From assembly GCA_048886685.1 (NCBI GenBank), contig JBHLKM010000009.1, positions 1 to 64,000 on the forward strand: a stretch of 64,000 bases of DNA, written 5' to 3'. A program made the translations under genes and the position numbers. Below the pieces are notes generated by a model. That model worked only from the letters and a program-made list of their open reading frames with translations. It was not told where the DNA came from and did no database searches. Shown here piece after piece: positions 50,438-59,974 of the stretch. How positions within the stretch are numbered: the first letter of the stretch is position 1; the number at the start of each line of letters is the position of its first letter. Source of the stretch: Candidatus Hodarchaeota archaeon. GTDB taxonomy: Archaea; Asgardarchaeota; Lokiarchaeia; Sigyniarchaeales; SOKP01.

Positions 50438-52369
50438 ATGGTCGTAGAGGAAGTAAAATATTTGTTTCAACCAATAACGATTGGAGATGTGGAAATAAGT
50501 AATAGAATAATGATGGCTCCTATGAACACAAGGTTCGGCTACGACGGATATGTGACCGACCAATTAGTCGATTACTATGTAGAAAGGGCTAAAGGAGGTG
50601 TTGGTTTTATTTGTGTAGAGATGGGTATCATAGATTACCCTATAGGAAGTACAGCAGGTAAAGGTATGATAGCAACTGATGATGATAAATATAGTCCAGG
50701 TTTGAAAAAATTAGCGGATGCTATTCATAAAAACGGATCTGTTCCGATGATAGAATTATCACATGGAGGGAGATATTGTCATTCAGGTCTTACTGGTTTG
50801 CAGCCTGTAGCGCCATCTCCCATTCCTGGTTATCGAGGGAGAGGTGAAATGCCAAGAGAATTAACGACAGAGGAAGTTGAAGAATTGGTTGAAAAATTCG
50901 GTGATTCGGCAGTAAGAAGTGCCGAAGCAGGATATAAGGGAGTATTGCTAATGGGATCAACTGGATATTTAATAAGTCAATTTGGATCACCTCTTACTAA
51001 CAAGCGTACTGACAGATTTGGTGGGAACACTCCCGCAGAACGGGCGACGTTTATTGTTGAAATTATTAAAAATATCAGAAAAAAACTTGGTCCCAAATTC
51101 CCTGTAATTTATAAAATTAGTGCTGAAGAATACATAGATGGGGGTACTGTTCTTGAGGATTCTCAAATTATGGCAAAACGGGCGGAATCAGCAGGAGTTT
51201 CTGTGATACACACATGGGCAGGATGGCACGAATCACCAAAACCAATGTTACCTATGTCAGTTCCTAGGGGAGCATTTGTGTATTTAGCAGAAGCGATGAA
51301 AAAAATAATAGATGTTCCTGTTATGACAGGAGGAAGAATCAATGACCCTCGATTTGCTAGTGATATTATAAGAGACGGAAGAGCAGATTTGGTGCACTTT
51401 GGAAGGTCATTTTTAGCTGATCCATATTTCCCAAGAAAAGCTATGAAAGGCGAATTTGAAGATATCAATATGTGTATAGCTTGTTGTCGTTGTTTTGATG
51501 CGATGGCTAGTCCAGGAACTGTTGTATGTTCTGTAAACGCAGAATTGGGCAAGGAAGGTAAAAAATTAGAGAAAGTAGAAAAATCTAAAAAGATCCTAAT
51601 TATTGGTGGCGGTCCAGCTGGGATGGAAGCCGCGAGGGTAGCAACACTAAGAGGTCACAGAGCGACTATATGGGAGAAAAAGGATCAGCTAGGAGGCAAT
51701 TTAATAACGGCTTCCTTAGCCCCTCATAAGGAGGAGACCAATTGTTTAACACATTATTTAACAAATCAGATGAAAAAATTAAAAGTTAATATTCAGCTTA
51801 ATAATGAAGCAACGGTGGATTCTATTTTGAAGGAAAATGCTGATGAGGTTATTGTGGCTACTGGTGCGAAAGCAATAACTCCAGATATACCCGGTATAAA
51901 CGCAAAAAATGTTGTATTGGCACTTGATGTGTTAAAGGGAAAGTCAAGCACAGGTGATAATGTGGCAATAATAGGAGGCGGAATGATTGGTTGCGAGACA
52001 GCTGAGTTCCTAAAGTCTAGAGGAAAGGATGTTTCAATTATTGAAATGTTGCCAAAAATTGCACGAGATATTGGTCCAGCAACGAAATGGTCAGTCACCA
52101 TGAGAATAGCCAGATGGGGCATTAAACAGTACACCTCTTCAAAAGTCATTAGAGTCATAGAAGAAGGTGTTGAGATTGAAAGAGAAGGAAAATCCGAAGT
52201 GATCAAAGCAGACACAATCGTCATTGCGGCTGGTATGGAACCTAATAATAGTTTAAGTAATAAGTTGAAAGAGAGCCTCCCAGATATACATATAATAGGA
52301 GATTGCTCACATGCTAGAAGAATGTTAGAAGCTATTCATGAGGGATATGCTGTAGGTCAAAAGCTTTAA
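50438..52369 (+). CDS. NADH:flavin oxidoreductase, 2,4-dienoyl-CoA reductase (FadH)-like
   Basis: OYE barrel with MGSTGYLISQF, NKRTD.FGG, GWHE, CIACCRC..C Fe-S, GGGPAG, GGGMIG. Confidence 0.87.
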   Translation: MVVEEVKYLFQPITIGDVEISNRIMMAPMNTRFGYDGYVTDQLVDYYVERAKGGVGFICVEMGIIDYPIGSTAGKGMIATDDDKYSPGLKKLADAIHKNGSVPMIELSHGGRYCHSGLTGLQPVAPSPIPGYRGRGEMPRELTTEEVEELVEKFGDSAVRSAEAGYKGVLLMGSTGYLISQFGSPLTNKRTDRFGGNTPAERATFIVEIIKNIRKKLGPKFPVIYKISAEEYIDGGTVLEDSQIMAKRAESAGVSVIHTWAGWHESPKPMLPMSVPRGAFVYLAEAMKKIIDVPVMTGGRINDPRFASDIIRDGRADLVHFGRSFLADPYFPRKAMKGEFEDINMCIACCRCFDAMASPGTVVCSVNAELGKEGKKLEKVEKSKKILIIGGGPAGMEAARVATLRGHRATIWEKKDQLGGNLITASLAPHKEETNCLTHYLTNQMKKLKVNIQLNNEATVDSILKENADEVIVATGAKAITPDIPGINAKNVVLALDVLKGKSSTGDNVAIIGGGMIGCETAEFLKSRGKDVSIIEMLPKIARDIGPATKWSVTMRIARWGIKQYTSSKVIRVIEEGVEIEREGKSEVIKADTIVIAAGMEPNNSLSNKLKESLPDIHIIGDCSHARRMLEAIHEGYAVGQKL

Positions 52370-52513
52370 CATATTTTAATAATATTTATAATAACTCTTT
52401 ATTTTCATCTTGTTTCTTTAATTAACATTAAATATCTTATTTATTTCAAGTTCGCTCAAATTTTCTAAAATAAAAAGTATTTAAATTTATTAAATAATTT
52501 TAAAAGATAATTA

Positions 52514-53104
52514 TTGAATAGAACAAAAAAATATTGGGTTTATTATATGGAGACTGAGAAGGAAACTGATATTGATAGAAAAGGTCACGTTAAAATAGAT
52601 TGGGGACGACAAGGAGGTGTTATACTAGGTTATATAGTGATACTTTTAGGTTACTATGGGCTTATCGCTAATTTAACGATGTTTGATCAATATGGCAATT
52701 GGCTTTCATATGAGGATCTACCACGCTATTCTATCTATGAGACGATTGGCAGTGAACTCATTTTCTTTCCTGGAAGGGACATGTTTTTCTGGACATATAT
52801 TACATATATAGATACTTTCTTCTTACCTGCATTGTTATTATTTTTTATATGCTTTCTTTTGACCTATAAAGAAGATATTCCTCATTATGGAATAAAAGCT
52901 TCACTCTGGTTAGTACCCTTACTCATTGCGGAGGGATTCATCTTTTATGCACTTATGTTCGGAATTACTAGCGAACCTATTATTTTAAAATTTGCACGCA
53001 TAGAAGGGTATTTAGATATTCTAATCTTATTTGGATTAGCTATTTCTGGGGCGTTGAGTGGTATGAAAGTAAAACAATTCATTGTAGCGAGAAAAACTGT
53101 ATGA
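52514..53104 (+). CDS. Hypothetical four-TM membrane protein
   Basis: Four hydrophobic segments; likely start ATG 52547. Confidence 0.7.
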   Translation: MNRTKKYWVYYMETEKETDIDRKGHVKIDWGRQGGVILGYIVILLGYYGLIANLTMFDQYGNWLSYEDLPRYSIYETIGSELIFFPGRDMFFWTYITYIDTFFLPALLLFFICFLLTYKEDIPHYGIKASLWLVPLLIAEGFIFYALMFGITSEPIILKFARIEGYLDILILFGLAISGALSGMKVKQFIVARKTV

Positions 53105-53291
53105 ATTTTTCTTTTTCTAATTTTAAAAACATTATATTAGGAAGTTGCCCTATTTAACAAGGAAGGAGTCAATAAAACATAAATTTAAATTGATTATCTA
53201 AGTTATTTATATAACTAAGCAGGTATTAGAATTGTTTTATTGAATTTATCTGTGTTTCAATTAATTTTTATAATGTGAGTAAGCATTAATA

Positions 53292-56144
53292 ATGGAAGTT
53301 TTTTTAAAAAGAGCAGAAAGGGCATATAAAGAAAAGCTAGGGGAAACTAAAGCAGTTTCCATTTTGGGCAATATAAAAAAAGCAGTTAATGAAATCCCAG
53401 CTAAATTTAGACGTGTAATTGGCTCAGAAATCCCGAGATTTTTGTTTAATTACTCTCAAGAAATTGAATACGTTTCACCTGGAATTACTGAAAGTGTGCT
53501 AAATCACATTTTTATTTTCGCAGAAACTTTAAAAGATTTAATTAACAAAGATAGAAACCAGGTGAATCAACTTTTAAATAAGAGAAGCAATAACAAAGTA
53601 CGAAATCTTTCTGAATTGTTAAACTCACTCGTTGAGAAAGCTAAAAATGGAGGAACTATCGAAAAAAATTGTAATTTTGATGTTGTTCTTGCTTACGTGT
53701 TTGGAGAAAAAAGTGAAATTACTCAACTGAATGATATAGAATTATTTGTAAAACGTGCAGAGAAAAACCTTGCATTAAAAATTGGGGAAGAAAAGGCGCA
53801 ATCTTATTCAGAAAATATTATAAAAACATTCTCTGAAATTGATGAGAATCTAAAGGATTATATAAGTTCTGAAGTGCCTAAATACCTATTTAAATTTTCA
53901 CAAAATGTTGAGAACCTTACAGTTGAAACATTGGAGGTTATCTTGAATCATGTAATTTTGTTTAATCGGGCACTTTCTAATCTGAATGGAAAATCCAAAG
54001 AACAAATCAATCAGGAAATAATAAAACGGAGTAAGAACAAATTATTTACTTTATTAGATCTATTTATTGCATTTCTAGATGCAGTTAAGAATGGAAATTC
54101 AATTGAAACTTGTGAAAGCTTAGAAGATATTTTGATTCATGTGCTAGGGGAAGAAGAAAAACGAATTCAATTTACTGATGTTGAAGCTTTTTTAAAACGA
54201 GCGGAAAAGAAATATGCTTTAATAATTGGTCAAGATATGATTCAGATGTTAATGGAAGAATTACTAGACGCAATTGATCAAATTCCAGAACAACATAGGG
54301 AATACCTCGGATCTGATCTAGCAAAATTTCTGTTCAAATTCTCAGAAACAGCGTCATATCATGAACCTGAAAAAGTCGAGTTATTATTTAATGGAGCTAC
54401 AATGTTTGCAAATTCATTAAATGAATTAAACGATTTAAATAAAGCAGAAATTAATCAATTTATCATTAACAGGTCTAATCACAAAGTAAGAAGTTTATTT
54501 TCTTTATTTGAAGCATTTCTAGAGAAGATAAAAATACGCATGCCATTATCAATTGAACCCAATTTTGATGAAATACTTATCCACACTCTCGGTAGATATG
54601 ATGGACCTAAAATGATTGAAAAAGGGGGTTTGATTCATGATTTATTGGCAGAATATCATGAGGAAATTCCCTTAGCAAAAGAGCATTTTAGGTGGGCTAA
54701 TGCTATAACAGAAATTGTTCCTCGTTTTCTTGATATCCTTTCAGATCCAGAGGGAGATCGCATCTTAGATTTTCTTTGGGAAAATAGGTTCCCTATGGAT
54801 CAAATAAAGGAACAATATCAAGAAAAATTAGTAGAGATTCCAAGAGAAAAAGAAAAAACATTTATGTTCCGTTTATTGACAATGTTGACTAATCAAATTT
54901 TAATTGATCCGGAAAAAGATAAAAAATTGACAGCAGCTATAGCGTTTAGGGTTCTTGGAACTATCTTTATTGAGATGTTTGGAGGTAGGAATGCACAAAT
55001 CAGAGGTATTAGACTTAATCAACTATTGAAAGATCGTAAGGTTGCGAATGTTGAGAAAAAGCAAAACATTGATGATCACATTAACCGTATTCTTGAAGAA
55101 GATCTAAAAGCGATTCAACAAAGAACTATGACTATTAATACAATCGGTCCAGTTTTGAGTAAAAAAGGTTATTTCATTAAAACATATGACATTATTACAA
55201 AAGATTTTCCTGAAATAATAGTCAAAATAATTTCATATCGAGAGGAAGAACGCTTAAAAGACATCGGCACTGAGTATAAGAAATCAGGTATTACAGGGGA
55301 TCTTATTCCGCTCGTAAACTTTTTTCTTCAAAACCTTGATTTGGCAAGTAGATTTTATAAAAAATATTTCGAAGAGATGTATCAAATTGCTTATGATGCC
55401 CAGCAGAACATGCTAACTATTAGAAAATTCTTTAAATTATTGGTAGATCTAAGAGAAAATATTGATACTATAGAATTTTATGGTAATCAAGTTGCTAATA
55501 CAGAACATTCGATATACATCTTGTTGCTAAAATATTTATACACTCCCTTACCAGAAGTATTTGAAACTACAAGAACTATTCTTGATGAGCAAGAATACCA
55601 AAAGAAAATCATGAAACTTGACAAATATCTAAGCAACCAGAACCTAGAACAACTTCAGGTTGAAATCAGAAATACTGAAAATAAAATTCAAGAATATAAA
55701 GAGTATGAGGATTTTGATGCTTCTCAAAAAATCTCGAATTTAACAAAATTTCTTAATAGAGATAAAAATGAAATAAAGTTTTACGAGATTATGTTTCATC
55801 TTAGAGATGAATCAGAAAAAATCCATAAAATTTTAGAATCAAGAGTAGCATTTTCTAAGACACTTTTAAAGTATTCAAATTCTTTGAAAAAAGTACATTC
55901 TAGTCTTCCAGCTGCATTATCTGAAAATTTAGAAAATTTAAATGAATTTAACCAAGAAATTGATAAAATTCTTAATCAAATAAAAGAGAAAAGTTCTTCT
56001 GGTATTCTCTCACCTTTTGAATTTAAAGAAAAAAATGATGCTGCTGAAACATTGAAAAAAGAATTACAGAATTTATGTTCGAATGATGAGTTCACTAATC
56101 ATATCAAGGATCTAACAGCAATGTCAGAAGTAACGATTACTTAA
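53292..56144 (+). CDS. Large helical protein with three tandem 148-aa repeats and C-terminal coiled coil
   Basis: EVFLKRAE at aa 2, ELFVKRAE at aa 150, EAFLKRAE at aa 298; each also has SE.P.FLF.FS, KRS.NK and L..V.G. Confidence 0.85.
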   Translation: MEVFLKRAERAYKEKLGETKAVSILGNIKKAVNEIPAKFRRVIGSEIPRFLFNYSQEIEYVSPGITESVLNHIFIFAETLKDLINKDRNQVNQLLNKRSNNKVRNLSELLNSLVEKAKNGGTIEKNCNFDVVLAYVFGEKSEITQLNDIELFVKRAEKNLALKIGEEKAQSYSENIIKTFSEIDENLKDYISSEVPKYLFKFSQNVENLTVETLEVILNHVILFNRALSNLNGKSKEQINQEIIKRSKNKLFTLLDLFIAFLDAVKNGNSIETCESLEDILIHVLGEEEKRIQFTDVEAFLKRAEKKYALIIGQDMIQMLMEELLDAIDQIPEQHREYLGSDLAKFLFKFSETASYHEPEKVELLFNGATMFANSLNELNDLNKAEINQFIINRSNHKVRSLFSLFEAFLEKIKIRMPLSIEPNFDEILIHTLGRYDGPKMIEKGGLIHDLLAEYHEEIPLAKEHFRWANAITEIVPRFLDILSDPEGDRILDFLWENRFPMDQIKEQYQEKLVEIPREKEKTFMFRLLTMLTNQILIDPEKDKKLTAAIAFRVLGTIFIEMFGGRNAQIRGIRLNQLLKDRKVANVEKKQNIDDHINRILEEDLKAIQQRTMTINTIGPVLSKKGYFIKTYDIITKDFPEIIVKIISYREEERLKDIGTEYKKSGITGDLIPLVNFFLQNLDLASRFYKKYFEEMYQIAYDAQQNMLTIRKFFKLLVDLRENIDTIEFYGNQVANTEHSIYILLLKYLYTPLPEVFETTRTILDEQEYQKKIMKLDKYLSNQNLEQLQVEIRNTENKIQEYKEYEDFDASQKISNLTKFLNRDKNEIKFYEIMFHLRDESEKIHKILESRVAFSKTLLKYSNSLKKVHSSLPAALSENLENLNEFNQEIDKILNQIKEKSSSGILSPFEFKEKNDAAETLKKELQNLCSNDEFTNHIKDLTAMSEVTIT

Positions 56145-56180
56145 AAGAAAGAAATAATTTTACCTTGCTTTTCTTTAATT

Positions 56181-57401
56181 TTAAAAATTTTTAATACGAT
56201 TAGTACGTAATTGCTTTAGAAGTTGAGGAACAACTTCAAAAATATCACCTACTATCCCAAAATCAGCAATTTTAAAAATTGATGCCTCAGGATCGGTATT
56301 TATTGCAATAATTACATCACTTGTTTGCATGCCTATTAAATGTTGTATAGCGCCGCTAATTCCAAGCGCAACATATAATTTTGGACTTACTGTTTTCCCC
56401 GATTGACCAACTTGTATAGGATGAGAAGTCCAACCGAGTTCTACTAATGCGCGAGAACTTGACATTATTCCTTTTATTTCTCGTGCCAATTCTCTAACTA
56501 GTTTAAGATTTTCTTTATTACCAATTCCCCTTCCAGCAGAAACTAGAATTTCCGCTTCTTCAATGCTTATTGTATCAATTTCGAAAATTTTTTCTTCAAT
56601 AATCTTTGTTCTAATGGTTTGTTTTTCAATTTTAACTTCAAATTTATAAAACTCCCCTTTTCTAGAACTATCTTTAATTGGTATTGGAAAATTATTAGGT
56701 CGTACGGTTGCCATTTGAGGTCGTGTAAATGGAGATATAATTGAAGCCATAATATTTCCTCCAAATGCAGGACGGATTTGAACTAACTGTTTTTTTTCAT
56801 TTATTTCAAATCCTGTACAATCTGCTGTTAACCCAAGCCCTAATCGTGCTGCAATTCGAGGTGCTAAATCGCGTCCATTAATTGTAGCACCATAGAGAAA
56901 AATAGATGGTTTCTGATTAATAATTAAAGTTGTAATAGTGGTTGCATAACCATCTGTTGTATAATTTTCAAGTAGATTATGCTCACATAAATATACATTA
57001 TCCGCTCCACAATGGTATAATTCATCAATTGGTGGGATTTTTCCCGGAGATCCGAGAATAACTACAGATATTGTTTCATTAAGTATTTTATTTAATTCTT
57101 GAGCCTTTCCTAAGAGTTCAAATACCACATTTTTTATTTTTAGATTCTCTTCGTTACCTCGTTTCTCCAATTCACCCCAAATCATAATTCCTTCATATTC
57201 CTCTAATTCTTCTCTGGAAAGCGTTTTACGTTTGATAATGAGAGCATCATATTTGCAGACATTTACACAGGTTCCACAAAGAGTACAATTATCTAAGACT
57301 TTAGCTTTTTTTTCATCTGAATCAACAATTATTGCACCATACGGGCATACATTTTCGCAAACTTTACAGCCAATGCAATTATCGTCATTAATCTTTAACA
57401 T
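56181..57401 (-). CDS. etfA: Electron transfer flavoprotein alpha with N-terminal 2x[4Fe-4S] ferredoxin domain
   Basis: CIGCKVCENVCP, CTLCGTCVNVC; GLTADCT, RPAFGGN, QVGQSG, GISGAIQH. Confidence 0.94.
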   Translation of the reverse strand: MLKINDDNCIGCKVCENVCPYGAIIVDSDEKKAKVLDNCTLCGTCVNVCKYDALIIKRKTLSREELEEYEGIMIWGELEKRGNEENLKIKNVVFELLGKAQELNKILNETISVVILGSPGKIPPIDELYHCGADNVYLCEHNLLENYTTDGYATTITTLIINQKPSIFLYGATINGRDLAPRIAARLGLGLTADCTGFEINEKKQLVQIRPAFGGNIMASIISPFTRPQMATVRPNNFPIPIKDSSRKGEFYKFEVKIEKQTIRTKIIEEKIFEIDTISIEEAEILVSAGRGIGNKENLKLVRELAREIKGIMSSSRALVELGWTSHPIQVGQSGKTVSPKLYVALGISGAIQHLIGMQTSDVIIAINTDPEASIFKIADFGIVGDIFEVVPQLLKQLRTNRIKNF

Positions 57402-57407
57402 ATTAAA

Positions 57408-58223
57408 TTAATCAATCTCAAATTGTAATAATTTTTTTTTTCTTAGAAATGCTAACATTGCCTCAGCAGCTTTTGCTGGATCACTACCATCAATAATCTT
57501 TCCCTTTTCTTTTGGAGGTGGAGCAAAAATACTAATTACTTGTGTATAAGATCCATCTAACCCTAATTTTGCCCCTTCAACATTCAAATCTTCTGCAGTA
57601 ATAGTCTTTAGAGGCTTATTTCTTGCTTCAATTATATCTTTCATAGAGGGAAGCCTTCGAATATTAGACGGACCTTTACTGATTGAAATTAAAGCAGGCA
57701 AAGGGGATTCAATGATTTGAAAACCATTTTCAGTTTCTTTTTTAACTTTAATCTTTTTTTTTTTAATTTCCACTTCAATTCCATAAAAAATTTGAGGAAT
57801 TCCCAAATTTTCAGCTAATTCTGCAGGAACTTGTGCTGTATCTCCATCTATAGCTTGCTTTCCGCTTAATATCAAATCGAAATTAGGTACAGTTTTTAGT
57901 ATTCCTTCCTTTAAAGTTAAAGATGTTGCCCACACATCTGAACCTGCGAACTTTTTATCTGATAATAAGAAAGCTTTATCAGCACCCAATTCCAAGCATC
58001 GTAATAATGCCATTCTTGCTTGGGGAGGTCCCATTGAGATTACAATTATTTCAATATCCAAATCAGGATTATTCTCCCTTATTTTTACAGCCATATCTAA
58101 AGCATACTCACAAAATGGATTAAGAATTGATTCAACACCCTCTCTAATTAAAGTTCCATTTTCAGGATTTATCGCAACTTTATCTACTTCAGGTACTTGT
58201 TTAATTGTAACAACGATTTTCAT
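57408..58223 (-). CDS. etfB: Electron transfer flavoprotein beta
   Basis: IKQVP, SMGPPQA, FAGSDVWATS, GKQAIDGDTAQVP. Confidence 0.94.
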   Translation of the reverse strand: MKIVVTIKQVPEVDKVAINPENGTLIREGVESILNPFCEYALDMAVKIRENNPDLDIEIIVISMGPPQARMALLRCLELGADKAFLLSDKKFAGSDVWATSLTLKEGILKTVPNFDLILSGKQAIDGDTAQVPAELAENLGIPQIFYGIEVEIKKKKIKVKKETENGFQIIESPLPALISISKGPSNIRRLPSMKDIIEARNKPLKTITAEDLNVEGAKLGLDGSYTQVISIFAPPPKEKGKIIDGSDPAKAAEAMLAFLRKKKLLQFEID

Positions 58224-58226
58224 CTC

Positions 58227-59870
58227 TTATTCCTCCATAATTTCAAAAATGTTTCCACAATTAAACATTAATAAAGGATCGAGAGCTTTTTTAATGGATC
58301 GCATATCTTCAATAGCTTTCTCATTATACATAATTTTTAAAATATCCCTTTTTATTTTTCCAATTCCATGTTCAGCAGAAACTGATCCACCGTAATCTAC
58401 TGCCTTTCTTGCAAATTTCTCATAAATCTCTAAGCCTAGTTCTAATTCTTCTATATTTTTTGGTAGGATATTAACATGAACGTGATTATCACCTATATGT
58501 CCAAAAATCACATAATCTAATGTAGCTTCTCGCAAAATAGAGTGATAGTATTTCATCATCTCAGCGAATTTTTCTTCTGGAACACTTATATCCGTTCCTA
58601 ATTTGTGTAAATCCGGAAATTTTCTTTTACGATCCGCAATAATTGAATTTATAGTTTCAGGTAATATATGTCTAAAATGTTTGAATCTTGCAGATTCTCT
58701 GTTATCATAACCTGACCAACTTGCTTCTAAGGTTGTATTGCATTGTTTGGCTATTTTTTCAATTTTTCCAAAACAAGCAACTATATTATCTTCAGAATAA
58801 GGGAGATCAAAAAATATTGCTGATCTTGCTTTAGAAGGGATTTTTGGCATATTTATTATTGAAGGCGTTTTATCCTGAACATCTCTGAGAAGATCGATAG
58901 CTTCACCTGAAAAAAATTCTATGAATTCGGGATTAATCATTGGATTATTACAGATTTTTTTTACAAAACTAAGAGCATCATTTTCCCGATTAAAGAATAA
59001 AACATTAGAAATTAAAGGGTGTTTTTCTTTAATCCATACTTCAACCTCTGTAATAACACCAAAAATTCCTTCACTTCCAATAAATAAATCAATAAGATCC
59101 ATATTAGGTTTGGCATAAATCCCAGCTGCATTCTTCACACTAGTATTAAATTCATAATTCGGGATTTTAAATATTATTTCAGTTCCGTCTGTTCGTTTTA
59201 TTATGAATTTGCCATCATTTGCTGCAAAGTATTTACCCCTCGGAATTTCTAGAACTTCACCATTTACTATAACTCGAATTCTTTTAATCCATTTCCTTGT
59301 TGCACCATATTTAAACGTTCTGGCCCCCGAAGCATTCGTTGCTACTGTACCACCTATTGAAGCAGACATTTCAGTCGGATCCATAGGATAATAATAAGAT
59401 TTTTTATCTTCTTTAAATCTTGAAATAACGTTTGGAGTAAATTCTTTCACTTTATCAATTTCTTTCTTCGATATTTTATCATTAAGAACTTTTAATGTAA
59501 TACCCGGTTCGAGTCTAACGTAATATCTTCCTCTACTTTCGTCAAATCCGAATCCTAAGATTTTGTTCATTTTCTCGATTGAAATGATTGAACCAGATAT
59601 TGGAACACAAGAACCTACGATTCCCGTCCTAGCACCACTAATACATGCTTTTATATTTTTTTCTTTTAAAAAATTAATAATTGAGATTATCTCCGCTTCT
59701 GATTTTGGAAAAAATAACCATTCAGCAGTCCCTTCCAATTTGCTTTCATCAACAAGATAACTGGGATATTCAGATAAGATGACTTGAATCCCTTTAATTT
59801 TTCGAATTATATCAAAAGGAGCTTGCTCAATCCTAATAGAATTAATAGTATTAGAAGATATAATATTCAT
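58227..59870 (-). CDS. FAD-linked 2-hydroxyacid dehydrogenase (LctD/GlcD family)
   Basis: GARTG..G, DP..ASIGG.VATNASG..KYG, GSEG.FG, GHIGDNHVH, AEHGIG. Confidence 0.88.
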   Translation of the reverse strand: MNIISSNTINSIRIEQAPFDIIRKIKGIQVILSEYPSYLVDESKLEGTAEWLFFPKSEAEIISIINFLKEKNIKACISGARTGIVGSCVPISGSIISIEKMNKILGFGFDESRGRYYVRLEPGITLKVLNDKISKKEIDKVKEFTPNVISRFKEDKKSYYYPMDPTEMSASIGGTVATNASGARTFKYGATRKWIKRIRVIVNGEVLEIPRGKYFAANDGKFIIKRTDGTEIIFKIPNYEFNTSVKNAAGIYAKPNMDLIDLFIGSEGIFGVITEVEVWIKEKHPLISNVLFFNRENDALSFVKKICNNPMINPEFIEFFSGEAIDLLRDVQDKTPSIINMPKIPSKARSAIFFDLPYSEDNIVACFGKIEKIAKQCNTTLEASWSGYDNRESARFKHFRHILPETINSIIADRKRKFPDLHKLGTDISVPEEKFAEMMKYYHSILREATLDYVIFGHIGDNHVHVNILPKNIEELELGLEIYEKFARKAVDYGGSVSAEHGIGKIKRDILKIMYNEKAIEDMRSIKKALDPLLMFNCGNIFEIMEE

Positions 59871-59974
59871 CCTTATATTATCTTATTTATTCTGATTAAA
59901 GAAAAAGTCTTCTTTAAAATAAAATCATTTTACCAAGCGGTTATAAAAATGGATAACAAAATGGATTTGAACTG

